Shown: positions 18,094 through 27,564 of the stretch, piece by piece | Layout: each line of letters begins with the position of its first letter | Position numbering within the stretch: position 1 is the first letter of the stretch | Origin: an uncultured Mycoplasmatota bacterium | GTDB taxonomy: Bacteria > Bacillota_I > Bacilli_A > RF39 > UBA660 | Length of the DNA: 64,000 nt | Assembly (NCBI GenBank): GCA_900547465.1 | Contig: URHJ01000004.1 | Span: 253-64,252 of the forward strand | Direction: 5' to 3' | The notes under the pieces: model-generated | The model's database searches: none | What the model was told of the DNA's origin: nothing | Seen by the model: only the letters and a program-made list of their open reading frames with translations | Position numbers and translations under genes: made by a program

Positions 18094-18954
18094 TTATTTT
18101 ATATTTCCTGCCTCACTAAGTAAATTATCTAAAGTATCAATTACATATCCTTTTTGTTTAATATAATTAATAACTGTTGATAATTCTATTTTAGTAGATG
18201 AATTAACAGGTAATGCGATTATTGAACCTTTAGAAAGTTTTCTTTTAACTTCTTGATATGGATAATTACCTGTTTGAATTGTTGGAATTATAGTATGTAG
18301 TTCTAACTTTTGACATAGTTCTAAAACCTCTTTTTGATCATATTTCGCATAACAATATTTAGGTTTAACATTAGTAACATTATTAAGTGTATTTAAACTA
18401 CTACTAAAGTATAATTCATCATACTTACCATTATAATTTAATATTTCTAACTCATTTCCATCTTCTGCTAATATTTCTGCTAAATAACGATTATTTTCTA
18501 ACCATAAACCATCTACAAAAAATGTTGCTTTAGTACCACTCTCCATTAATAAATTAGTTATTTCCGTTATATCATCATTATTATTAACTTCAAATACTAA
18601 ACTAACATCATTATTTATACCACTTCCCATAGAAATATATTTATCATAATAATCATCTATAGAAATAGTCGGAGAAACCTCTTCAAAAACAGTTAAACTT
18701 TCATTATATGTACCATATCGTTTCATTTTTGAAAAACTACTTTTATAATCAACCTTTTTTCCCGATACACCAGGTACTATCTTATCTCCTTTTATTTTAG
18801 CATTTTGTGGAGATACTTCATAAGTTTTAGAAGTTTTTTTAATAGTTTTCATAATAGGATCAGTATCTCTTATAAAACCTATTACTTTATCAGTATAAAA
18901 GAAACTAAATAGTCCAAGCAACATAACTCCTATCACTTGATATACTTTTTGCAT
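18094..18954 (-). CDS. PdaB/YlxY-like polysaccharide deacetylase-family protein
   Basis: N-terminal TM. VSLVFEVNNNDD...GTKATFFVDGLWLENN resembles the degenerate NodB motif of sporulation deacetylases. The position downstream of pnp matches ylxY in B. subtilis. Confidence 0.55.
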   Translation of the reverse strand: MQKVYQVIGVMLLGLFSFFYTDKVIGFIRDTDPIMKTIKKTSKTYEVSPQNAKIKGDKIVPGVSGKKVDYKSSFSKMKRYGTYNESLTVFEEVSPTISIDDYYDKYISMGSGINNDVSLVFEVNNNDDITEITNLLMESGTKATFFVDGLWLENNRYLAEILAEDGNELEILNYNGKYDELYFSSSLNTLNNVTNVKPKYCYAKYDQKEVLELCQKLELHTIIPTIQTGNYPYQEVKRKLSKGSIIALPVNSSTKIELSTVINYIKQKGYVIDTLDNLLSEAGNIK

Positions 18955-19017
18955 AAAATCACCTAATCTAATATATGATTCTATTTTTTAGAAAATGAAA
19001 AGAATAGTCATAATTGA

Positions 19018-19584
19018 CTATCCATTACTTTTACTTGTTATTTGATTTGCTTCTATCCTAAGGTGTGTACTAAATGTCGTAGCTTGTTGTGAGTTATCAG
19101 CATTATAATCCATCCAAACCTGTAACTTATATTTTATTGTTTTTCCTTTTTCTATAACTCCGGAATCCAATATTCTATTTGGTGAAGTACCAAGAGATGA
19201 AATTGTACCTGTAGTAGCAGATTCTTCATTCTTTTGAAAATTATACTTTACAATACTATCATCCATTCTAGTTTTTGTAGAATCTAAATCTAAATCATCT
19301 AAATATACAGTATAATTACTATCCATTGTTCCATCATTAACAAGAGAAAATGTATATACAGTTGTATTTAATCCTTCTTGATCTGTCATTGGATATGCAT
19401 TAGTAAGAGAAATACCTCCTTCTGTTTCTTCACTTAATTTTAATGATAACGTTCCTGCATGAAGAACATTTGTTTTTTCGCTACTTTTCGTAAAATTAAA
19501 CCAAGCATATGTAGTTCCCATCAATAATATTAATGCCACAGCTACTAGTAAAATAATTTTTTTCTTATTTTCCATAAACTCCAT
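19018..19584 (-). CDS. TasA/camelysin-like secreted protein with SipW-type signal peptide (paralogue 2)
   Basis: TM followed by GTTYAWFNF...HAGTLSLKL. The shared blocks MDDSIVKY, YT(I/V)YLDD and LRIEA(S/N)QI match 4242-4853. Confidence 0.7.
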   Translation of the reverse strand: MEFMENKKKIILLVAVALILLMGTTYAWFNFTKSSEKTNVLHAGTLSLKLSEETEGGISLTNAYPMTDQEGLNTTVYTFSLVNDGTMDSNYTVYLDDLDLDSTKTRMDDSIVKYNFQKNEESATTGTISSLGTSPNRILDSGVIEKGKTIKYKLQVWMDYNADNSQQATTFSTHLRIEANQITSKSNG

Positions 19585-19639
19585 CCCTACCTTTAACCAA
19601 ATTATAGCATAAAAAAAGTAATAGATAAACTTTTTTCTA

Positions 19640-21793
19640 TTACTTTGTTTTTTTATTTTCTAATAATGCTTCTTTTCTAGAAAAGTTTTGTCTACCTTTT
19701 TTATCAGGACCTAGTGCTTTTACCAAAATTTCATCCCCAAGTGATACAACATCTTCAGTCTTTTCTACACGTTTTTCTGCAAGTTGAGAAATATGTACTA
19801 AGCCTTCACAACCAGGCCAAATTTCTACAAAACAACCAAAGTCTTCTATTTTTACTACTTTAGCTTCATAAATTGCACCAACCTCAACTTCTCTTGTAAT
19901 ATCTTGTATCATTTTTGCCGTCTTATCAATTATATCTTGATCTGTATGATAAATAATTACTCTACCATCATCTTCCAAATCAACCTTTACAGCATTAACA
20001 TTATTTACTTCAGTAACATTACTTGCTTCACATATAATCTTAGTAATTGTTTCTCCACCTTTTCCTATAACATCTTTTATCTTAGCTGGATCTATTTTAA
20101 ATATCATAGTTTTTGGTGCATATTTAGATACTTCTTTTCTTGGTTCTTTGATTGTATCAGTAATAACTTTAAGTATTTCAAGTCGTGCTTTTTTAGCTTG
20201 TTTTAAGGCTTTTTCTAAAATTTCTTTAGTAATACCTTTGATTTTAATATCCATTTGTAAAGCACATATACCATTTTTTGTACCAGCAACTTTAAAGTCC
20301 ATATCCCCTAAATGGTCTTCCATTCCTTGAATATCTGTTAAGATTGTATAATCATCTTCATGAGTTATTAATCCCATAGCAATACCAGCAACTGGAGACT
20401 TTATTGGAACTCCCGCTGCCATCAGAGACATACAACCAGCACAAATACTAGCTTGAGATGATGATCCATTTGATTCTAATATTTCTGATACAACTCTAAT
20501 CGTATATGGAAATTCATCTTCTGATGGAATAACTTGTAATAAAGCTTTTTCACCTAAAGCTCCATGTCCTATTTCTCTACGACCTGGAGCCCCGTATCTA
20601 CCTGTTTCTCCAACACTAAATTGTGGGAAGTTATAATGTAACATAAATCTCTTTTGATCTTCTAAACCTAAACCATCTAAAATTTGATGTTCACCCAAAG
20701 CTCCTAGTGTTGTCACAGAAAGACTTTGTGTTTCTCCCCTTGTAAATAAAGCAGATCCATGAGTTCTTGGTAATAAATCAATAGCTGTTGATAAAGGTCT
20801 TATTTCATCCATCTTTCTACCATCAGCACGTATATGTTCTTTAACAACAATTCCTCTAAATATCTTATATTCAATATCATTTAGAATCATTTTAATCTTA
20901 ACTTCTAATTCCTTTAATTCATCATCTGATAATTCATCTTGATTTTTAACAATGTAATGATTAACTATTTCTTCTTTTAATTCATCAATTGCATTATATT
21001 TTTCTAATTTATCTTTAATTCGTAATGCCTTATCCATCTTTTCAGTAGCAAGAGTAGAAACTTCTTCCCTTAAATCTCTTGGAATCTCTAAAGTCTCATA
21101 CTCCATTTTTTCTTCACCAATTTTATCTATAATTTCCATTTGAAATTTAATTAGTGTTTTTACAGCTTCATGTCCAAACATCAAAGCTTCTAACATAGTT
21201 TTTTCATCAACTTCTTTTGCTGATGATTCAACCATATTTATAGCGTCCATTGTACCAGCAACTGTTAAATCTAATTTAGAATTTTCTAATTGTTCTGGTG
21301 TTGGATTAATAATAAATTCATCATCTACTAAACCTACTTTTACTCCAGCAATTGGTCCATTAAATGGAATCTTTGAAATAGATGTAGCAAGTGATGATCC
21401 AAACATAGCTGTAAGTTCTGGTGAACAATCTTGATCAACTGATAAAACTGTATTAATTATTTGAACTTCATTTTTAAATCCTTCTGGAAATAAAGGTCTC
21501 ATTGGACGATCAATCATGCGAGCCGCAAGGGTTGCATTTTCTGACGGTCTTCCTTCCCTTTTAATAAATCCACCTGGAATTTTACCAACTGAATATAATT
21601 TTTCTTGATAATTTACTGTTAATGGGAAAAAGTCAGATAATAGATTAACATTTTTATTAACAACAACAGCTGTTAAAACAACTGTATCATTATATCTCAC
21701 TAAAACACTTCCAGTAGCTTGCTTTGCAAGTTCCCCATGTTCTACTACTATTTTTCTACCAAAAAAATCAAGTTTAAATACTCTTTTTCTCAT
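19640..21793 (-). CDS. pnp: polynucleotide phosphorylase
   Basis: 717 aa. Two RNase PH domains ([26 protein letters not shown]) followed by KH and S1 ([19 protein letters not shown]). Confidence 0.97.
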   Translation of the reverse strand: MRKRVFKLDFFGRKIVVEHGELAKQATGSVLVRYNDTVVLTAVVVNKNVNLLSDFFPLTVNYQEKLYSVGKIPGGFIKREGRPSENATLAARMIDRPMRPLFPEGFKNEVQIINTVLSVDQDCSPELTAMFGSSLATSISKIPFNGPIAGVKVGLVDDEFIINPTPEQLENSKLDLTVAGTMDAINMVESSAKEVDEKTMLEALMFGHEAVKTLIKFQMEIIDKIGEEKMEYETLEIPRDLREEVSTLATEKMDKALRIKDKLEKYNAIDELKEEIVNHYIVKNQDELSDDELKELEVKIKMILNDIEYKIFRGIVVKEHIRADGRKMDEIRPLSTAIDLLPRTHGSALFTRGETQSLSVTTLGALGEHQILDGLGLEDQKRFMLHYNFPQFSVGETGRYGAPGRREIGHGALGEKALLQVIPSEDEFPYTIRVVSEILESNGSSSQASICAGCMSLMAAGVPIKSPVAGIAMGLITHEDDYTILTDIQGMEDHLGDMDFKVAGTKNGICALQMDIKIKGITKEILEKALKQAKKARLEILKVITDTIKEPRKEVSKYAPKTMIFKIDPAKIKDVIGKGGETITKIICEASNVTEVNNVNAVKVDLEDDGRVIIYHTDQDIIDKTAKMIQDITREVEVGAIYEAKVVKIEDFGCFVEIWPGCEGLVHISQLAEKRVEKTEDVVSLGDEILVKALGPDKKGRQNFSRKEALLENKKTK

Positions 21794-21810
21794 ATACTTC
21801 TCCTTTTTCT

Positions 21811-21839
21811 AAAAAAGAGACACTTAAAATAAGTGTCTA
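21811..21839 (-). terminator. rpsO terminator/attenuator hairpin upstream of pnp
   Basis: Minus-strand AGACACTT-atttt-AAGTGTCT followed by CTTTTTT. Overlaps the rpsO stop, 18 nt before the pnp RBS. Confidence 0.7.
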
Positions 21840-22106
21840 CTTTCTTAATCCTAATTTTTTAATAACTTCACGATATCTAGTAACATCTTTCTTTGCTAAA
21901 TATTGTAACATACTACGACGTTGTCCAACCTTCTTTAAAAGTCCACGTCTTGAATGATAATCATGAATATGTACTTTTAAATGTTCAGTTAAATCATTAA
22001 TTTCTTTTGTAAGAATAGCGATTTGAACTTCTGCTGAACCAGTATCTTTTTCATCTCTAGCAAATTCTTTAATAATACTAGCTTTTTCTGCCTTTGTTAA
22101 TGCCAT
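21837..22106 (-). CDS. rpsO: 30S ribosomal protein S15
   Basis: 89 aa. [42 protein letters not shown] is canonical S15. Confidence 0.97.
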   Translation of the reverse strand: MALTKAEKASIIKEFARDEKDTGSAEVQIAILTKEINDLTEHLKVHIHDYHSRRGLLKKVGQRRSMLQYLAKKDVTRYREVIKKLGLRK

Positions 22107-22223
22107 ATTAACACACTTCCTTTCTTATATATTCACCATTTCTAAGTAAGAAGTCGGAAATTCTTCAAACTGAGAAACAGTAAGCACATCTAATATACTA
22201 AATTTTTAATGATTTGTCCAGTT

Positions 22224-23135
22224 TTATTTTACTTTTATCACTCTATGATTGTATTCCCCTAATTTTAATACCTTATGTTTTACTGCAAACTGAGTCACTG
22301 TAGCATCTGTTAAATTATTATCATCAGAAAAATCCAAATCCATTTCAACAAAACCTTTCTCTAACCTGCTACCTTTTCTCATATTCATATCACATAGACT
22401 AGGTACTTGCACCATTAACCCTAATTCCTTATTTTTATTTATGTATGGTGATAAGCTATACATATGTCGATGACCTTTTAATGTTACAATACTTTCATCT
22501 GACATTTCTACTAAATTAGTTGTATGACATATATTTATTAAATCTTTATTAATACGTAATCTTCCAAAATCAATGCCTAATGGAACCAAATCTAATCTAG
22601 ATGAAGATATAAATTTTTCTAAATTTATACCATGTCTCTTTTTTAAACTTAAATCATGATTTCCCTGAATATAAAAAGTTGTAATATTCTTATCACTAGG
22701 ATAATCTTTAATAAGTTGTGATAGTGATTTTTCTAGTTTACTTTCTGGAAAGTTATACACATCATGAATAAAATCACCTAAATGAATTATATAAGGTATA
22801 TTTTTATAAGATGCATATTTATAAACTTGATCCAAACTATTTTGATTTGAAAACTTTGAAAGAAAATGAGTATCAGCTATCGCTATACATCTAAAAGAAT
22901 TGTCTTCATCTCCCATTATATTAATCGTTTTAGGATTATCAATCTCTCTATTTTTTCTCAGATAGTATTTTCCACTAAAATTAAATCCAGGTTTTATTTC
23001 ATACCCTTTTCTATCGATAGCAGAAATTATATTGATTACTTGTTTATCACTAAGATTTAACATTTTTTGAACTTCTCTTATATCATTTTCTTTAGTAAGT
23101 CTTAAAAAATTTCCCTGTCTTTCTGTCAATTGCAT
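22224..23135 (-). CDS. HTH-domain / calcineurin-like metallophosphoesterase fusion protein
   Basis: N-terminal ~50 aa looks like a winged HTH (LNLSDKQVINIISAIDRKGYEI). Metallophosphoesterase motifs follow: IADTHF, HLGDFIHD, IQGNHD and GHRH. Its ATG is 3 nt after the upstream AAA+ stop and in the same frame. Confidence 0.7.
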   Translation of the reverse strand: MQLTERQGNFLRLTKENDIREVQKMLNLSDKQVINIISAIDRKGYEIKPGFNFSGKYYLRKNREIDNPKTINIMGDEDNSFRCIAIADTHFLSKFSNQNSLDQVYKYASYKNIPYIIHLGDFIHDVYNFPESKLEKSLSQLIKDYPSDKNITTFYIQGNHDLSLKKRHGINLEKFISSSRLDLVPLGIDFGRLRINKDLINICHTTNLVEMSDESIVTLKGHRHMYSLSPYINKNKELGLMVQVPSLCDMNMRKGSRLEKGFVEMDLDFSDDNNLTDATVTQFAVKHKVLKLGEYNHRVIKVK

Positions 23136-23138
23136 ATT

Positions 23139-25193
23139 TTATTTCTCCCCTTTTTTATATACTTTTGGTTTATCTTCTTCACTTCTAAATCCTATTTTTC
23201 CACCTGAATATAATCCACTACTTCTATCTCCACTAAAGAAAATTGTCTTCATTATATCATCAGGTATATCTTTTTCAGTAATTTGATAAAGTTTATTTGG
23301 ATCATCAGTAGAACGTGTATTTTTAGCATGACATCTACTAATCTTATCAAACAATTTTTTAGCAAATCTTCCATTTCCAAAATCTGTTATTTGTTTTGCT
23401 TCTGAAATTATACCTTTTACTTTTGATACAGCCCCTTCACTCATTGTTAATTTATACTCTTGATTTTCCTTATCATTTACTTTATCAATATTCTTTTTAA
23501 ATATTTCAAATAACTCATCTTCACTATAATCTTTAAATTCTAGGAAAGATCCTATTCTAGATTCTAATCCAGAATTCATTTTTATAAAGTCTTCCATTTC
23601 CTTTTTATATCCAGCAAAAATAAACATTGTTCTGTTTTTTTCCATCTCTTTTAACATAACAGTAATAGCTTCATTACCATATTCCTGTGCCTTACCTGCT
23701 AAGATGTACGCCTCATCTAAAACTATAATACCACCTAAGTTATCTTTTATAACTTTTTCTGTTTTTGGAGCAGTTTGTCCAACATATTCACCAATCAAGT
23801 TTTGAGCCGAAACATATGAAACTTTATCACTCTCTAAATAACCTACTTCATGAAATAATGGTGCAATAATCTCTGCAACTGTAGTTTTTCCTGTACCAGG
23901 ATTACCAGTAAACACCATATGTTTACTTCCTTCTTCAAAAGAAAGATTATCTTTTGTTTTTTGTTTAAAAATAATTGTATCAAAAATTTCTTGAAAAGAC
24001 GATTTAACATCTTCTAGTCCAACTAAATCATTTAACTTCGACATAGTATCATCTACTTTTTTATTAATATCAATGCATTCATCTTTTTCTATATCTTCTT
24101 CTAAATCAATTCCTATTATATCATTAATCTCATCCAAGACACCATCTACATTTTTTCTAGTTATATTGTAAAACTTATCATATTTTGATTTTATCGATTC
24201 TAAACTTACACCATTCCTTATTTTATTTAACAATTGACTTTGAACATAAAAGAATGTACGAGAGCGAAAGAAATCTATACCAATTTCCTCTTTTGAATAA
24301 TCTAATGCATTCAAAACTTCTAAATCATAATCTATTAATTCAGTAATAACATTAATTGCATCATCTTTTGTTTCTGCATTCATTATTTTTTTATATGAAA
24401 AATCAACATAAGAATCAATATTCTGAAGATTCATTTCATCTATATAATCATTTAAAATATATAAAGATTTTACAAGATTTTTCTTTACCTCTTCTCTAGA
24501 CTCATCTAAGAAATTACACAATCTAGAGATATCACTTTTCATAGCCTCTATATCATTTGAATTTAAAAAAGCATTAACAAGTTTCTCAGGGAAGAACACA
24601 TATGACTCTTCAGTATCAAAATCATTATTATTGATAGCATCAATTAATATATTTTTAATTTCTTCAATATCATCGGCATCTAACATTTCTTCTAATTCTT
24701 CATAACTAACACGATACTCATCTTCATCGTCACTTAACATTTTTTCGTTAGTAGTTTCTGCCATTTTACTTTTACTATTTGCTATACCATTACTAGAAAG
24801 TATTGCATATTCTTTTTGTTCATTTGTATTATCAATAGTATTAAAAATTACCTTATGATTCATAATATCAAAACAACCAATTAGTGTTTTAAATTCCTGA
24901 GATTCAATTAATTTTATTTCCAAGTCTTCAAGACTATTTGCCTTTGGAAATTTTTTTCTTAATTCATTCTCAGTATAAACTTCACCAACACAATAACCAG
25001 TTGAATCAGAAATTGAACAAAAGTCATTATATAAAAATCTATATTTATTTAATTCATCTAAAAATATATTTTCTTTTTCATCATATAATCCCTTAATAAC
25101 ATAACAAGATAAATACAAATATTTATACGTACCTAATTGCTCTCTTCTATATAATATAGTGTAATGATATTCGTCCATAACCAAATCCCCCAT
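23139..25193 (-). CDS. SpoVK/CbxX-type AAA+ ATPase with ~400-aa unknown N-terminal region
   Basis: The C-terminal half matches the SpoVK/CbxX/EccA family: LVGLEDVK, Walker A GNPGTGKTT, LIGEYVGQTAPKT and Walker B IIVLDEAY. The N-terminal 400 aa (acidic, helical) is unrecognised. Confidence 0.75.
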   Translation of the reverse strand: MGDLVMDEYHYTILYRREQLGTYKYLYLSCYVIKGLYDEKENIFLDELNKYRFLYNDFCSISDSTGYCVGEVYTENELRKKFPKANSLEDLEIKLIESQEFKTLIGCFDIMNHKVIFNTIDNTNEQKEYAILSSNGIANSKSKMAETTNEKMLSDDEDEYRVSYEELEEMLDADDIEEIKNILIDAINNNDFDTEESYVFFPEKLVNAFLNSNDIEAMKSDISRLCNFLDESREEVKKNLVKSLYILNDYIDEMNLQNIDSYVDFSYKKIMNAETKDDAINVITELIDYDLEVLNALDYSKEEIGIDFFRSRTFFYVQSQLLNKIRNGVSLESIKSKYDKFYNITRKNVDGVLDEINDIIGIDLEEDIEKDECIDINKKVDDTMSKLNDLVGLEDVKSSFQEIFDTIIFKQKTKDNLSFEEGSKHMVFTGNPGTGKTTVAEIIAPLFHEVGYLESDKVSYVSAQNLIGEYVGQTAPKTEKVIKDNLGGIIVLDEAYILAGKAQEYGNEAITVMLKEMEKNRTMFIFAGYKKEMEDFIKMNSGLESRIGSFLEFKDYSEDELFEIFKKNIDKVNDKENQEYKLTMSEGAVSKVKGIISEAKQITDFGNGRFAKKLFDKISRCHAKNTRSTDDPNKLYQITEKDIPDDIMKTIFFSGDRSSGLYSGGKIGFRSEEDKPKVYKKGEK

Positions 25194-25228
25194 TCAGTTT
25201 TTTCCTTGTATTATAGCACATATACACT

Positions 25229-26647
25229 TTAAATAAAATAGTTATATATCATTTTATCAATTTTTAAGTTGACACCATCTTTCTTATATATAACTAATAA
25301 TTTACCATCACTATCTTTGAAAACAACTCTATCTTTGACATTCCATATATCCTTAATCTTAACACCATTACTGACTTTCTTTAACAAAGTACCATCTAAA
25401 GTTATACTTTCATAATCTAATACATCTTCTATTTTTAATATCGTAAATTTACCTTCTCTTATATCATCTAAACTATAGGCATCATTAATAGAAAAACGTC
25501 CTTGTTTAGTACGAATCAAACTATTCATTGTAAAATATTCATTAACAGATAATCCCATATCTCTAATTAAACTTCTTATATAAGTACCTTTAGATACTAA
25601 ACATTTAAATTTAAAACTATCACTTGTACTATCTAAAAGTTCAATTTTCTCTATAGTAACTTCTTTTTTGGGAAGTTCAACACTCATATTTTTCCTTGCA
25701 TATTCATATAGTTTTTTACCATTAACTTTAACTGCAGAATAAATTGGCACTTCTTGAAGATAAGTTTTATTAAAAGACTTAAGAAGATCTTTATAGTTAA
25801 TATTATGTTGAACAATCTTCTCTTTTATAACATTTCCTGTACTATCTAACGTATCTGTAAGATATCCAATATCTACACCAGCAACATACTCCTTTTCTTT
25901 TGATGTTAACAACTCTCCTAATTTTGTAGCCCTACCTACCGTCAAAACTAAAACACCTTCCGCCATCGGATCAAGTGTTCCTGTATGACCCATTTTTTTA
26001 ATGCCTAATATCTTACTAACTTCATTAACAACATCTCTAGATGTCATACCAGATTCCTTATTAATCAACAATACACCACTAAAATTATTTATGTACTCCT
26101 CTAAAGTTAATTTGTTTTTATACATAATAGTTGCCGGTACAACACCAACGTATCTAATATGCCATGGTTCATAACTATAACCAGTTATTCTTTCTTTCCC
26201 TTTTGGATACCTTAAAATAAATCCAAATTTATGTAAATTTTTACTTATTTCTCTAAATACTTCTTCATTAGCAAATAATTCATCGTTATCAGTCAAAAAT
26301 TCTCTATCTTTTTTTATACTTAAATCTATTGCTAAAGCAGTATGATGTTCACTAGCTCTTAAAGGCGCTACAAAATTAGTATAATCATTACCATATTTTT
26401 TCTTAAATTCATCTATTATTTGTTGTTGCTCATCTAAACTTCTATAAGCTGAATCTATACCTATTTCTATATTCATACTTAACAAATAATCTCTTAACTC
26501 ATTAAATGCCAACAAAGTATTTTTTTCTAATTTAGATGCGTTACCATAAATATCTATACATTCACTTAATTCTAAATACTTAAAATATTTATCTTTAATT
26601 AAGTTGTCTTTATTAATTAAAGTTACATAATTCATAAACATCACCAA
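25229..26647 (-). CDS. truB: VanY-type D,D-carboxypeptidase domain fused to tRNA pseudouridine-55 synthase TruB
   Basis: Single 472-aa ORF. Residues ~1-190 carry M15B/VanY zinc motifs SEHHTALAIDLS and EPWHIRYVG...TLEEYI. These run directly, with no stop, into TruB motifs GVLLINKESGMTSRDVV and HTGTLDPMAEGVL plus a PUA-like C-terminus. The start is uncertain (TTG 26647, ATG 26641 or ATG 26635). Confidence 0.85.
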   Translation of the reverse strand: MVMFMNYVTLINKDNLIKDKYFKYLELSECIDIYGNASKLEKNTLLAFNELRDYLLSMNIEIGIDSAYRSLDEQQQIIDEFKKKYGNDYTNFVAPLRASEHHTALAIDLSIKKDREFLTDNDELFANEEVFREISKNLHKFGFILRYPKGKERITGYSYEPWHIRYVGVVPATIMYKNKLTLEEYINNFSGVLLINKESGMTSRDVVNEVSKILGIKKMGHTGTLDPMAEGVLVLTVGRATKLGELLTSKEKEYVAGVDIGYLTDTLDSTGNVIKEKIVQHNINYKDLLKSFNKTYLQEVPIYSAVKVNGKKLYEYARKNMSVELPKKEVTIEKIELLDSTSDSFKFKCLVSKGTYIRSLIRDMGLSVNEYFTMNSLIRTKQGRFSINDAYSLDDIREGKFTILKIEDVLDYESITLDGTLLKKVSNGVKIKDIWNVKDRVVFKDSDGKLLVIYKKDGVNLKIDKMIYNYFI

Positions 26648-26649
26648 AC

Positions 26650-27544
26650 CTAGTATAACATATCTTTTACTCTATTAATAAGTAATAAAGAAACATATCT
26701 ATCTTGTATTAAATTAATAGAAAAAGTCTTATAACCAATTCTATTAATACTTGCTCCACAATGATACACTAAACTATTATCTAATATAAAATATCTATCA
26801 TGAAATGTATCATTATATACAACTCTTAAATTATGATACTCACTATTATACTTAATAATATCTTGTTTCGTTAATAAATTATTCTTTCTAGTAATAATTA
26901 AAACGTCTATATCCAATCTTTTTACAATATTTAATACTGTATTATCTGCATATGAATCAATTATTATAAGTTTTTTCTTACAAGATGCAAAAATTTCTTG
27001 TATTTTTGAATAAGCATCATAGATTTATAGATTTGCCCATGAAAATATATTTCACTACTTTTCTTTTTTTCCTCCAACTTTTCAAAATAAGTTTCTAATA
27101 TTTCCAACTTTTCATGATCCCTCAATACTAAATCATTAATATATTTTGTTCCATCAAATTAGATGAAATATACTTTCTAAATAAAACAAATGCATCCATA
27201 ATTTTAATACTTACTTGTGCAGCAACATCAGTTCTAATAACAGTTGCGAGCATAGCTACACCTTGTTCTGTAAAAACATATGGTAAATATTTTATATTAT
27301 ATCCATGTTTATTCAAGGTTTCAGTTTGAAACCTTGAAATATTCTTACACTCTTCATAATTAAGTTGAAATACAAATCTTTCTGGAAATCTATCTTTATG
27401 CCTCTTTACTGCTAAATTAATTTGTTTAGTTTTATTTTTACACTCATAAAGGCTTGCTACATCAGAATCTAACATCACCTGAACGCCTCTGATTTCATAT
27501 ATTAAATTTTCAATTTTTTCATCCTTTAACATAAATTCATTCAT
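26650..27544 (-). pseudogene. disrupted ORF6N (KilA-N-like) domain gene
   Basis: 27128-27544 encodes the ORF6N domain (IRGVQVMLDSDVASLY...AVKRHKDRFPERFVFQL...LPYVFTEQGVAMLATV). The rest of the family-typical sequence continues in two other frames: LRDHEKLEILETYFEKLEE...EIYFHGQIY, then DAYSKIQEIF...LIIIDSYADNTVL...FHDRYFILDNSLVYHCGASINRIGYKTF. Lesions are a frameshift near 27131-27158 and a perfect 8-bp tandem duplication ATAGATTT x2 at 27019-27034. Confidence 0.8.
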
Positions 27545-27564
27545 AATATAAACCTCTTGTAATA

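Noticed and set aside
19904-20330. Two overlapping plus-strand ORFs (100 and 60 aa) within pnp
   Set aside because: They are antisense to the highly conserved PNPase coding sequence. Their composition is that of a shadow frame.
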